Virus genome (UHGV): UHGV-1372779
Length of the DNA: 64,000 bases
From: a virus
Reading direction: 5' to 3' (one strand)
In this document: one piece after another, positions 49,301 to 58,615 of the stretch
Layout of the letters: every line of letters starts with the position of its first letter
How positions within the stretch are numbered: the stretch's first letter is position 1
Made by a program: the position numbers and the translations under genes
The notes under the pieces: model-generated
What the model was told of the DNA's origin: nothing
The model's database searches: none
Seen by the model: only the letters and a program-made list of their open reading frames with translations

Positions 49301-49728
49301 ACTAATGTCTCAGTAGCTATTTTTTGAGCTTGATCAAAATCTTCCACACTTTCATCTGGAGAAACTAGTACTTGATAAGTTTCATTAGTTAATGCCGGGT
49401 TATTAGTTGCATCTGATTTGATAGATGCTTTAGGATCAGCAGAAGGAACTGTAGAAATATTTAATATATTTTTATCTAAAGAATCTTTAATCTTAGAATA
49501 ATCTCTCCCATTTGTTAGTGTTTTTTGGTTAAGATATTCTTTTATAGCTTCTACTAAATTTTGATCAGAGGGAATTCTGAAATCTTTTTGCAAAGATTCT
49601 TTAATATCTCTGAACTGATCAGTAGAAATACTATCACCCTGGAATATTACATCCCAAGGTGATAGATTTATTAAAAAGGTTTGAGATCTGGATGACTCAT
49701 TAAAAAAATCACATGCCATATTTAACAA
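43312..49728 (-). CDS. giant protein (2138 aa) with RNAP-beta-prime-like DFDGN motif; 5' exon ends at 43315
   Basis: MQDFDGNL at residues 1263-1267 (nt 45928-45942) resembles the NADFDGD Mg-binding loop of the multisubunit RNAP double-psi beta-barrel. Size is similar to the roughly 2180-aa virion RNAP remembered from crAss-like phage phi14:2. The TGA at 43312-43314 is the first codon of the intron. Confidence 0.55.
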   Translation of the reverse strand: MLNMACDFFNESSRSQTFLINLSPWDVIFQGDSISTDQFRDIKESLQKDFRIPSDQNLVEAIKEYLNQKTLTNGRDYSKIKDSLDKNILNISTVPSADPKASIKSDATNNPALTNETYQVLVSPDESVEDFDQAQKIATETLVNEIESSRKDVDYSSNIKSTLDLSNKFQTNSALLSRFQNSFGKDIFKTSFLDFDSGKIAKTVKDMNLNIGQYKQDLLDNITNFLELPKVNLYNVNGDFNLEGFNEVIRRINEYYETNNPTSRLNSINDRAFTKLSPNDKLFIDAYNSTIALENFDNLINIITTGLVYIDPKKFGIVTSNLYEPKYLPFKKNIIRQSFSTTNFETSIERETAAVTKAIIQNIKKLDLNGNWDGFSYLTVNDFNTAIAKFNNSSVKNKYPELNEAHLNPTKAYLKLFNRFFGTQSAFKQFKYNDSFDNSVKDTLYSIYKSIIDPSPKATSLYNIIAKNQTDLDFNYFMDIMAYINKQGPSEYISYKFNPDTKQYEIDTFSNISYESTLKNYEVNSANDLNSLVTNELLNIIKDQNDGFGLTYNNDQTITIKLNNRSINLSPNMKAEKLDPVTRTDYNKSVRESLIMPTPDQVSKIINGEKVDPDVMDGYRLLELLQLTTGFPFKNTAGQLYSRMTNEYKDENNLKSDLLSFLYSTLDTLRVLEDIHKKEVDNKKKFTPEEFVREVKSDRRYSGLSGEAFNKQFINPTISPRLLISRNSSGTGRSAIFKSIVSSLSIINGDTNPSTYKNSDGDNVPSVGLMNLMKTIPDFIEVVKQYQNRELKRNPQFKNIFSENILFNSPDLIKGVRLKTEFVTQSGRVIQKNKFNVAEYTTSSVILDFYKNLIDGNDINFLPTVYADKANQSLVTISKDLKINDKSLSSVTAPEIEQENRRRQKTYYTNVLSNLFNTYSRIGERLGVNIATNIFNSTSEEGKARAVRKNMNTINDMLTNRFKEVQAVASQIAHEDPTFEWVEETHFSKVDGKMRMNPFIEYMSEIYKVSTTSDKAYERFIKRSMDNFKQDILDKHIKIDTDVFSFLKDDYTAYSWIGKDGYMDIIRDGKLNPIFEKFFFLDGYLSNQFMQITAGEPYAHPSKLKKVKFEGNEENYCINDHANRLIAQYKRMVMMQGTIHNYYQGSLEGTGSEIRCAVIKDIEAPVFNPSGEEDVVKPLDGSMECTGWQNELENNSMFSSSAGQNRKNFGYDINPIHGSASLFKCASFAIDNNVMRHSPEKIKLLKKMTDRAWPIPVLNLMQDFDGNLRSLDQVLKESIYYFNTDEGEYRQILDIIPEGNNRYTIKEVHVNRDGTQAPNSFIKERPNVLIDTNFKLWEALGGQRSFSLNSENPVNRFLEPSEASVKAVAKFINSTGFYKTKEDLNNIRQVIGNENASFQSNIYDVEENKLSENKSDFFDSNGNLKVILDQNYIYQPMKHSDIHYLINGSALKVGARNTNPATSRYDDSDLNYYTIGSQYFGIQMNADHHADNSEVTESTQIISTLAANGNTIKLASRAYNALGSIVDLTLKEYLEAQNDARAVEAYNEISLGNKTKLYKTLTKSLLRALSTGSDSDALLNGYLNEIAQEFENNLNTEFNTADFNFKTPFSAGSIHNQFITMLTSKMNSDSIKRTFSGMGAVMKPSYGSMKFYHFDGTEGFVDINGNPINLNGTYSEFDLELIAAKAGYRATGEGLDRISAVDNFKDSAPNLNPTINPSDLKFGDVVFNEESGQDEEINTYELYQKYKNSDKPLTIIKDSRKELAPMNVTFRIPGIDYTYSIYDNPLVKTIFELRANKGSDEQILEVQNRINKSLSRLDEGFYELSSLDPRINDIISANQDNLYNISTGERIDRTMLSQYTPEELMVKIENIIINPAEVVLSKIYQTKFFLRPGDSIPDVINSNGRFFREKLIANYNAAKEEIKNNNNIDALLLNPAGANAQVIINDSSSKNDYISELEEIDIIKDNIDGEIWRMDEAGRKLYKIDGLKFYKDPKSQIPQEVIVVDPNNMTRLLDVSKDQNYNGIFYNFNPDNINTLLTFFGTYDTKLLNSFGDLSNLENEELVREVKGRYNQSIRNNINRKAEKMFTSFKEALNVTANRIPAQAFQSIMTMKVVGFSDAESNEAYVSHYQIWLQGSDY

Positions 49729-52700
49729 ATATTATATTTACTTCTTATTTTATTTATATCTATAAGTGCAGATTTAACATTTTCATTACTTAGTATATTT
49801 AAAATATTAGAATCAATTCTTCCGTTGATTACTAAATCATTAATTAGTTTTAAATCACCAATATTTGATTCAATTAATTTAAAATTATCTGCTAATGTAG
49901 CTAAATCTATTGCACTTATTTCTGAAGCACTAAACATACTTCCGAAATTATTTTGTAAATATAATCTATTTTCATTACTTTTCCTAATATTATCTTCTAT
50001 ATTTTCAATTGGTTTAGGTTGAGTGAAGATAGTAAATTCTCCACCAACATATTTAATATGACTTACAATACTATCAGAACCATGACTTATATTTAATCCA
50101 GGAATAATACTATTTAATTGAGGAATGTATTTGGAAACCAAATTATCCACAAATGTCTTAATATTCACTGGTCCATCTACATTAGCTTCTATAGTAGGCA
50201 ACATACTAGGTATAATCTTGTCAAATTCAGATTTTACTACTGGATTAGATATTCTATCTGAAACCCAAGTAAGATAATCAAGAGCTTGCTTTACGTTCTT
50301 AGATTGAATTTGTGTTTTTTGTTCAGTTTCTGGCTTAATACTAGGCTCTGAATTGTTAATAGTTTGAGATTCTGGCTGAGAAACATCTTGAGGTTTTTCA
50401 ACTTTTTTATATCCAAATTCTTCAGGATTAGCTAAATCTCTAGAAGCAACAAATGCAAATTGTGGAGTTTGTAAATCTCTGTCTATATAATAAGATCCTT
50501 CAAGATTTACTGCTCTAATAAAATTCTTATCCCCAGTATGTCCCTGTTGATCCTTATCATACATCATTACTGGGAATGGGTAAATCCCTTCTTTAAATAT
50601 AGGATTATAATTAGGCATGTCTTTACCCTGAACTTTACCAGTTAATGCAGCCTCCATAAAATCAAATAAATTTTCAGAGGTTATGTCCTTATCTAAATTT
50701 AAGAAGAATGTTTCATTTTCTTTATTTTCAATAATATTTGAGGTATACTTGCCTTGCTCTTCTCTTATTTTATCATTTATTATTTCTCTAAAATATCTGA
50801 GAACATCATTACCATTAATTTTTTCTGCACTAGATTTATATTGATCTAATAGTTTAGAATCTAACTCTTGATGCATCCTTTCCATAATCCTCATGATGTG
50901 GAATTCTGTTGCATTTGGAGTTTTAATATTAGTAAGTTGCTGACTATTAGTACTAGCTAAGGCAGATAATCCAGAATATAATCTATCTGCGATTTTATAA
51001 AATTTATTTCCGGTTTGACCGTAAGCCTCTAACCAATTCTTATAATTTAATATAGATAATATTATATCAAATCCTGTATAATCCCCAAAATAAGACTTAT
51101 AGAATTTATTTCCTAATTTAGAAGCACTAGATTGTGAATAAGATTTTACATACTTATCATAGTTATTAAAGAACTCTCTAAAAGTTAAAGGATTAGGACT
51201 AAGAACAATCATTCTTATTTTATCCCTCATATCTGGATTGTTATCAAACTCTCCTGATGCTTGTCTAATGTAATAATCTCCATACTCACTTTCTGGAATT
51301 ACATTTCCATCTTCATCATAGATCTTTTCCGCATAGGTTGCAAAGACAATGGCTTTACCTTTTAGATTATATTTTTTGGTTTCATAAGTTAATTTTAATA
51401 ACTTATCTTGTAACTCTCTTCCTATTTTTGTTCTTTCAGTAAGATCCTCTGTAGAATTATATCTCTCTCTAGTTCTATTATAATCATTCTGAGCTTCTAT
51501 AATTCTATCACTGGCTTCTTGAATGTCAGAGTTTCTTTTAGTCTTATTACTATTATAATCTACAACAACATAAGGATTTGAGAAATATATTCCTTTAAAT
51601 TGTGTACCCCTATCTTCAAAATTATAATGTTTTCTTCCTTCTGGATCTTTCTTATAAATAACTAAATTGGTTATTTTTTCTAATTCAAAATCATCAGATA
51701 ATGGAATATATTCTGATGTATATAATTTAGAATAATCAGAAGGAACTCTATTCATAATTTCTGAATAGAATGGTTTATAAGAGGCAAACCATTTAGATTT
51801 TTCAAATTTAGCCTCATTTCCATTAGGAAGACTATATATAGATAATTCTATATTTTGTTGAGAAGTACTAGAATTTAAAATAGGTATAGTATAAACAACT
51901 CTTAACCTCTCTGATCTATTACTTCCATCTGAATGTATTTCCCCGTCGTAAAAATATTTAACTGCTTTAAGTTGGAATTTTCCATTTTTTAAATCTAATG
52001 ATCCAGTATTTCCGACTACATCTCTAAATGTATTATTAACATTAGATTCTATAAGATCTAATTCTTGATTTCTTCTTTCTTTAGATTTGAAACTATATAA
52101 TACACTCTTTATACTCTGAACCGTTCTATCGACCTTTTTAAAATTATCGGGGGATAATTTAGAATATGATCCATTAAAGAAGGCTGTATGATCAGAATCA
52201 TATAATCCAGAACTTGTTATATCAGATTTAATACTGTAAGATAAGATATTTCCATCTTTATCTTTTATTGGAAATTCTTTAATTCTATTATCATAAGAGT
52301 AAGCAATAAAACTATCTTCTGGATATTCTCTTACTTTGCTATCACTTCTATATAACTCTTCTGTAACTCTATTAGATTTTTCTTCGTCCTGATCAAATAC
52401 TTCATCTATTACTCTATCTAATGTTACATTTCCTGTTTTAGTATCACTTGTGGTAGTTTTAGATTTAGGTTCTTGGGGAGTAATAGTTTCAGGAGCTACA
52501 TAATTCTGTAATATAGATTCTAAAGATTTAAGTCTTAATTCAGAAAAAGATTTTGCAGATTCACTACTTAACACTGATTCTTGGGTATAATTTAATTTCT
52601 CTGAACCCTTTGTAAAGGTTTGTGAACTTAAATTATTATCTATTATAATAGTCCCATCTTTAGATCTAGTAATAGCTGTATATAAGTCTCTAATATTCTT

Positions 52701-55700
52701 TTCTATAAGAGCATCTTGCTTAAAATCTAAATGAAGATCTACTATAAAATATGGAGCTTCAAGACCCTGTACTTCGTTAAGTTTAAATATCTTAACTTTC
52801 TTATCATGAGTTCTATTGTATTCAGTGATAAGTTTATAGGTACTTGAATTGGTATCATCATATATATATCCTATATCTCCATTAGTGTTGGAATATAAAT
52901 TCTCAATCTCTTCAATAGAAGTAGAAGCAGCTAATTTTTCTCCGTTTAATATTCCATTTTCCTGATAATATTTTAGGGAAGGGATATTACCTAGAATTTG
53001 TCTGTGTAGTGGAACTAAATCATCAAAGGATAAATTATTATCTTTTGCATAAATTTGTTCATTAGCTGTTCTTAATGCATCTAAATTATCCTTCTTATGT
53101 ATATTAGAGACTCTTAATGAAGTTGATAATGTAGGGGTAGAAACTTTCAAAGCATCTACATCTATCCCCATATATAACCCATCTGATACTCTATGATACC
53201 CTGATTGAACTAAATCTCCGAATGTTAATAAAATCTTATTATTGATTCTTGCCCATTCAGAGAGTACTTCTAATTCAAATTTGGAGAAGTGAGTAACTTC
53301 ATCAATATAGATTATCCTTTGATCTTTAAAAGCATCATTATTGAAATTAGATTTACCTAAATATTTGTTCTTTAGTTTATAATTTTGATAATTATGCTCT
53401 TTAATATTTGTCCAATCTATATATTTACTATTATGTACTCCATTTTGGAAGTCATTGTTAGCTGAGGCTATTATTGAATAATCATTATATATATTGGTCA
53501 ATAATTCTTCTTTAGTAGAAGCAATATTACCTTGAGCATTAATTTCTCCATTAACAGTTGTTAGATCATCCTTATCACTAAAATTAGTTTCTAAAATTGC
53601 ATTAGTTAGATTTATAGCTTGTTGAGATTTAGGTCCAACTAATACAATTCTCTGATCACCTAGTAATTTATTAATTACCTTATTTGTAAGCCTTCCAACT
53701 CCATTGGTTTTCCCTACCCCAGGAGCACCATTATTGAATACTAAATTGTGATATGAGTCAGTATATTCTTTGTATACAGTTTTTAAGTGACCATCTCTAA
53801 TAGAGTTTAACTTATTTGAATCTACATATGTGATATTGTTCATAAAATCTGGATCTAATACCATTGCTACATTTATTCTAGTAGCATATTCTTGTGAAAA
53901 TATAGGTATTAAGAATTTTCCAGATTCTCTTTTAAATTCATCATCTATTATATCTTTAAGAGCTTTGCTATATTCAGAAGCCTTAATAGTAGATATAGTA
54001 TGATAGTATACAAATAACTCAGACGGGTCTAATTCCGATAAAGTTTCTGTTAGTGGGGAAGGATTATTATAATCACCTTTAACTAGCTTAGAATAATCAT
54101 ATCCTTGAAATAATCTTCCTATTAATTGTTGTTTAGTGAATTTATTAGAACTAGATAGAGAATTTACATTATCATATATTTTATCTTCTACCTTATTAAC
54201 TAAATCCTCTAGTTTAATAAAATCTTCATCAGATAAATCAGGTTTGAATAGTTCTTCTACATCATAATTATTTATAATATTGTCTACTTCCTCAAACATC
54301 TCTGGACATTTATTAGTAAAGTTCTTATCTAAGAAATTCTTTACTATAGCTTGTCTAGTTTTAATAGCTGTTAATTTATGTTCCCTTAATTTATTTCCTA
54401 CATTCTTTTCAGATAATTTTTTAAAGAAATTTAACTGATTCTGAACTCTAGTTAATTCATTAAGAACTTGAATAGCTATATTTTGATCAATTTCAGGAAG
54501 AATATCTGTAGAAGCTCCATCAACTTGATTTTGTTGTCTAAATCTATTTAAAGTAGTATTATATCCATATCCAGAACCATCTATATTAGTGGATCTAATA
54601 GTAGATGTTACTAATGATTTTAGTAAATCAATAGTTTGTATAGCATTAGTTAATTGCTCATTTCTGACTTTACCTTGAATAACATATTCTGAAAGTCTGG
54701 CTGCAGATTTAAGTTGAGCATTCTCATTCTCTAGAAGATCAAAAATATTAATTTGATTATCATCTCCTAATATTTCTACTTCTATTTTCTTTAATAAGTC
54801 TAGAATCGGATTATTTTTTAATTTATTCTCATTTATAAAAGAGTCAGATAATGTTACTAGTTCCTGAAGAGATGATTTAGAGTCGTAAACATTAGCATTA
54901 TTTAAAGCATTAACTAGAACCATTTTTCCCTGATCTGAGATACTGGAGGGAATAATTATATTAGATACTTCAAACCAATTTTTAGCTCCTTTTAACTCAT
55001 TTGTTACTCTAATTAGCTCATTTAAATCATTAAATCCATTATCTTCTAAAGCTTGTTCAGCAAATGATAGCATATCAGGAGTAAGACCTAGACTTTCAAA
55101 TCCCTCTGGAGTTAATTTATCAATAGTAATAACTTCCTCCACACTAGGATCTATCATTAAGGCTATAGATTTATTTAGTACAGAATCATTCAGACTAAAT
55201 GCGCTATCAGGTTTTATATAATCTAGAAGTTGTTTATATAAATCCTTAGTAAGTTCTACATTATCTGCCTTAGCATCCGCCAATAATTGTTTAGCACTAG
55301 CCATTTTCATAAGAGGAGATAGTTCATAATTATATTTGTTAACTACTTCTCTAATTCCTACTCTTATATTATTTAAATATTGAGAAAAATCCTCATTATA
55401 TCTAGCGGTTACTATATTGGTAAATAATTGTCTTAACTCTGGAGAAGATATTTTGTTAGAATAATCCAATAATCTATCTCTTATTAAATCTGAAGATTCT
55501 ATATTAGAATCTGGATTATTAGTATTTGTTTGAGCTTCTTCACGAATTTCTCTTAATACTTTCCCAAATTCTGTTTCTTGCCCATTTTGATCTATAGGAG
55601 CTAAATTGCTTAAGAAATCATCTATAAAAGTTTGATTAAGTTCAGAAAATTTAGTTTTAGACCCAACTAAGGATGCAGAATTTATTCCTATAGGAATTAA

Positions 55701-58610
55701 ATGTTCTCCAGATTTTAAAGATAGATTTTGGAAGAATGTATTTACAATGTTCTGATTATTAGGATCAGTGAATGTAACATTATCATTATTTAAAATATAT
55801 CCTAGCCCTCTATTGGCGGGAACACCTTGCTCTATGTTTAAATTTCTTAGTATATTAAATTGATTAAGAGCATCTTCCTGAAGAGCTAATAAACTTTCTT
55901 CACTGCCATTGGCTAAATATTGTCTTATACCTTGAATAACAGGTATTTGTTTAGCTAATTCTAATAAATCTTTTCCATACTTTTTAGTACTTTCTTGGAA
56001 AATTTTATATCCTTCTTCAAATTTTTTATCAAAACTTTCTTTGTATTTATTATATCTTTCTCTAATATCAGCTTGTTCTGATTCTGATAAGGAGTTATAA
56101 TCTTTACCTAAAACACTTTTACTATAAGTTTGTATATCAGTAGATAAGATTGGGTCTTTAAATGCACCTAAATAGAATAATGATCTTGCTATATAGTTCT
56201 CAGTATTTAAACCATTGAGCATATCATCTTTCTGCTTTCTTAGTTCCGCTAACTTGGCTTCATTCTGTCTGATTTTAGCCTCAGCACCTTCAACATTTAT
56301 TCCCTCCTTACCTTTACCAGGATCCATTTGATCTCTTAATTCAGCATTTTCTCTAACTAATTCAACAATTTGTGTACCAATTTTGTTATAATCTTTAGCT
56401 ATTTGATAAATACCTTCGAAATCTAATAAATCTTTAGTTCTTTTATCTTGTAAAGAAATTTTAGCTAATAACTCATTTTCATCAAATCTTAGACCTTCTT
56501 GATCTATAATAGCATCCCATTGGTCTATTAAATTATTAGCTATATCTATAACAGCATCATTTAATGAATCACCATTGCCTTTTGCTGGTTTATATTGGAT
56601 TTCATTATCTACTATAATAGGATCGAAAGCTGATAATTCTTTTGGAGCTACTCCTTTAGTTCTTAATTTCTCTAAAGCATTTTTTAATTCATACTTCTTT
56701 CCATTTCTAAGTAATTGGAATATGTGAGCTTTAGTATCTTCTGGGAGTTTATTATTTATTTCTGATCCTCTATTAGCTACTCTAAATATAGCTCCACCAA
56801 TAGCACCTCCGGCTCCTGCCATTAAGTATCTTTCTAAAGGATTAGAATTAAGAAAATCGAAACTTGCTTCTTTTTGAGTTCCAAATACTCCAGTTAGAGC
56901 ATCTGTGAATCCTTTAGATAAGTCCATAATAGCTTCTTCAGACATTTCTTCTATTCCTTCAGCTATAGCTCCTCCTATTACTCCTCCTTTAGCTATCTGA
57001 TCAGAAGCACTTCTATATATATTACCTGCCTTCTTCAGTAACAGGTTGAATGTTTTCTTGTCTTTTACTGGTTGAGATAAAAATTCTGGAACTTGTTCTT
57101 TGAGATCTTCTACTAATTTTTTACCTGCATTTCTATATATTACTCTTTCACTATCAAATCCTAATCCTTTTAATGCAGTTTGTCCTATTTCAGTGGATCC
57201 AATCATCCAAGTAGTTGCAGCCATAGCTAATGCAGCAGTAAATGCTGCTGTGGATCTGTCATATCCAGCATCTAATCCGTCATTGAATACATCCATAGTA
57301 GATATTCCAGACATATAGAAACTAGATAGCCACTTTCCTAATATACTATTTCTTATAGCCGCAGTTCTTGCCACTTTATCAATTTCAGGAACAGATCCCA
57401 TTAAAGTCCTTAAAGTCTCATTATTAGACAATTTTCCAGTGTTTAATATCTCATCAGCTATTTCATCACCAAATAATTCTCTAGTTTTCTTAATGGCTGC
57501 TCTTTCTGGATTTCCTAAACCTAACTTTGTAGGTATTTGAGCTAATAATCTTTGTTGATATAATTGAGATGCTACATCAGAAATTAAATTACCAAAATTT
57601 TCAAATGTAATCATGTTCTCCTTAGACTCCTCTGATACTCCAGGACTAAGAGAGGATAATTTGCCTTCTATAGTATTTAATAATCCATACTCATAATCTT
57701 TCTTATCTGGATTAAATACTCCATCAAGCATTTTATATAAAGTAATACCTAATTGAGCCGAATTTTTTGCAACTAATCCATATGTATAATATTCACCTAC
57801 ATAAGGAATAAACATAGGAGCAATGGTTGCCACAGTTTGAGCTATGGTTCCGGCTACACTTTTCTCTTTGCCATCATTGTCTAAGAAGTCAAATTTATTA
57901 ATTGTACTTCCTTCTTTAGTAATTACATTAAATGGAGACAAGAACTCCTTACCATGAGCAGCTCTATTACCTAAAGTTTCATAATAAGGACTTCCATTCT
58001 CATCTAATTTCATTTCTCCCTTATAATGTTTAACCATTCTTCCGGTTTCTGAATCTGGAATTTCTACATCTTCTTCATATCTTGCAAAGACAATAGGGGT
58101 TTCGTTAATAGTTCCCCAGAATCCTAGATCTTCAGGAGTTTTGTTCATCCAAGAACTTGTTCTAGTATCCCAAATTCTATTAGATTGAGCTATTTCATAA
58201 GGAGACAATTTGCTTTCAGAAGTTCCTAGGACTGTAGATAAACCCTCAGTTTCTATAAAAGGATTTCTTCTTTTATTTATTTTTAAATCAATCTTTTGAG
58301 TTTTTTCCTGAGGGAGCCTAATAGCTGACATTATATCATACTCTATTTCAGGTAACTTAGTATCCTTGAAGTCTCCCTGAGAGAAGGTATTGAATGAAGA
58401 TAGAGCTTGATTATAAAAATTATCAAAGGCTTCATTATTGAATTTACCCTCATTATCTGTAAAAGCTTGAACTATTTTATCATTTTTCTTATAATTATCT
58501 TTATCTTGTAGAATAACATCTTTAGGAGAAATTCCGTTTTGTAGATAGTCTGTATAATTTGCATTCTGGTTTTGATAATATAAACCAAACCAATCTCTTT
58601 TTTCTTCCAT
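49722..58610 (-). CDS. giant protein (2962 aa) with an embedded SF1 helicase-like motif set and Gly/Ala-rich hydrophobic segments
   Basis: GAPGVGKT (G1628, nt 53706-53729), IIYIDEVTHF, LTFGDLVQ, NEVQGLEAPYF, DLYTAITRSKDGTIII (nt about 52655-52690) correspond to SF1 motifs I, II, III, V, VI. MAGAGGAIGGAIF-type segments around residue 600. Confidence 0.55.
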   Translation of the reverse strand: MEEKRDWFGLYYQNQNANYTDYLQNGISPKDVILQDKDNYKKNDKIVQAFTDNEGKFNNEAFDNFYNQALSSFNTFSQGDFKDTKLPEIEYDIMSAIRLPQEKTQKIDLKINKRRNPFIETEGLSTVLGTSESKLSPYEIAQSNRIWDTRTSSWMNKTPEDLGFWGTINETPIVFARYEEDVEIPDSETGRMVKHYKGEMKLDENGSPYYETLGNRAAHGKEFLSPFNVITKEGSTINKFDFLDNDGKEKSVAGTIAQTVATIAPMFIPYVGEYYTYGLVAKNSAQLGITLYKMLDGVFNPDKKDYEYGLLNTIEGKLSSLSPGVSEESKENMITFENFGNLISDVASQLYQQRLLAQIPTKLGLGNPERAAIKKTRELFGDEIADEILNTGKLSNNETLRTLMGSVPEIDKVARTAAIRNSILGKWLSSFYMSGISTMDVFNDGLDAGYDRSTAAFTAALAMAATTWMIGSTEIGQTALKGLGFDSERVIYRNAGKKLVEDLKEQVPEFLSQPVKDKKTFNLLLKKAGNIYRSASDQIAKGGVIGGAIAEGIEEMSEEAIMDLSKGFTDALTGVFGTQKEASFDFLNSNPLERYLMAGAGGAIGGAIFRVANRGSEINNKLPEDTKAHIFQLLRNGKKYELKNALEKLRTKGVAPKELSAFDPIIVDNEIQYKPAKGNGDSLNDAVIDIANNLIDQWDAIIDQEGLRFDENELLAKISLQDKRTKDLLDFEGIYQIAKDYNKIGTQIVELVRENAELRDQMDPGKGKEGINVEGAEAKIRQNEAKLAELRKQKDDMLNGLNTENYIARSLFYLGAFKDPILSTDIQTYSKSVLGKDYNSLSESEQADIRERYNKYKESFDKKFEEGYKIFQESTKKYGKDLLELAKQIPVIQGIRQYLANGSEESLLALQEDALNQFNILRNLNIEQGVPANRGLGYILNNDNVTFTDPNNQNIVNTFFQNLSLKSGEHLIPIGINSASLVGSKTKFSELNQTFIDDFLSNLAPIDQNGQETEFGKVLREIREEAQTNTNNPDSNIESSDLIRDRLLDYSNKISSPELRQLFTNIVTARYNEDFSQYLNNIRVGIREVVNKYNYELSPLMKMASAKQLLADAKADNVELTKDLYKQLLDYIKPDSAFSLNDSVLNKSIALMIDPSVEEVITIDKLTPEGFESLGLTPDMLSFAEQALEDNGFNDLNELIRVTNELKGAKNWFEVSNIIIPSSISDQGKMVLVNALNNANVYDSKSSLQELVTLSDSFINENKLKNNPILDLLKKIEVEILGDDNQINIFDLLENENAQLKSAARLSEYVIQGKVRNEQLTNAIQTIDLLKSLVTSTIRSTNIDGSGYGYNTTLNRFRQQNQVDGASTDILPEIDQNIAIQVLNELTRVQNQLNFFKKLSEKNVGNKLREHKLTAIKTRQAIVKNFLDKNFTNKCPEMFEEVDNIINNYDVEELFKPDLSDEDFIKLEDLVNKVEDKIYDNVNSLSSSNKFTKQQLIGRLFQGYDYSKLVKGDYNNPSPLTETLSELDPSELFVYYHTISTIKASEYSKALKDIIDDEFKRESGKFLIPIFSQEYATRINVAMVLDPDFMNNITYVDSNKLNSIRDGHLKTVYKEYTDSYHNLVFNNGAPGVGKTNGVGRLTNKVINKLLGDQRIVLVGPKSQQAINLTNAILETNFSDKDDLTTVNGEINAQGNIASTKEELLTNIYNDYSIIASANNDFQNGVHNSKYIDWTNIKEHNYQNYKLKNKYLGKSNFNNDAFKDQRIIYIDEVTHFSKFELEVLSEWARINNKILLTFGDLVQSGYHRVSDGLYMGIDVDALKVSTPTLSTSLRVSNIHKKDNLDALRTANEQIYAKDNNLSFDDLVPLHRQILGNIPSLKYYQENGILNGEKLAASTSIEEIENLYSNTNGDIGYIYDDTNSSTYKLITEYNRTHDKKVKIFKLNEVQGLEAPYFIVDLHLDFKQDALIEKNIRDLYTAITRSKDGTIIIDNNLSSQTFTKGSEKLNYTQESVLSSESAKSFSELRLKSLESILQNYVAPETITPQEPKSKTTTSDTKTGNVTLDRVIDEVFDQDEEKSNRVTEELYRSDSKVREYPEDSFIAYSYDNRIKEFPIKDKDGNILSYSIKSDITSSGLYDSDHTAFFNGSYSKLSPDNFKKVDRTVQSIKSVLYSFKSKERRNQELDLIESNVNNTFRDVVGNTGSLDLKNGKFQLKAVKYFYDGEIHSDGSNRSERLRVVYTIPILNSSTSQQNIELSIYSLPNGNEAKFEKSKWFASYKPFYSEIMNRVPSDYSKLYTSEYIPLSDDFELEKITNLVIYKKDPEGRKHYNFEDRGTQFKGIYFSNPYVVVDYNSNKTKRNSDIQEASDRIIEAQNDYNRTRERYNSTEDLTERTKIGRELQDKLLKLTYETKKYNLKGKAIVFATYAEKIYDEDGNVIPESEYGDYYIRQASGEFDNNPDMRDKIRMIVLSPNPLTFREFFNNYDKYVKSYSQSSASKLGNKFYKSYFGDYTGFDIILSILNYKNWLEAYGQTGNKFYKIADRLYSGLSALASTNSQQLTNIKTPNATEFHIMRIMERMHQELDSKLLDQYKSSAEKINGNDVLRYFREIINDKIREEQGKYTSNIIENKENETFFLNLDKDITSENLFDFMEAALTGKVQGKDMPNYNPIFKEGIYPFPVMMYDKDQQGHTGDKNFIRAVNLEGSYYIDRDLQTPQFAFVASRDLANPEEFGYKKVEKPQDVSQPESQTINNSEPSIKPETEQKTQIQSKNVKQALDYLTWVSDRISNPVVKSEFDKIIPSMLPTIEANVDGPVNIKTFVDNLVSKYIPQLNSIIPGLNISHGSDSIVSHIKYVGGEFTIFTQPKPIENIEDNIRKSNENRLYLQNNFGSMFSASEISAIDLATLADNFKLIESNIGDLKLINDLVINGRIDSNILNILSNENVKSALIDINKIRSKYNIC

Positions 58611-58615
58611 ATATT

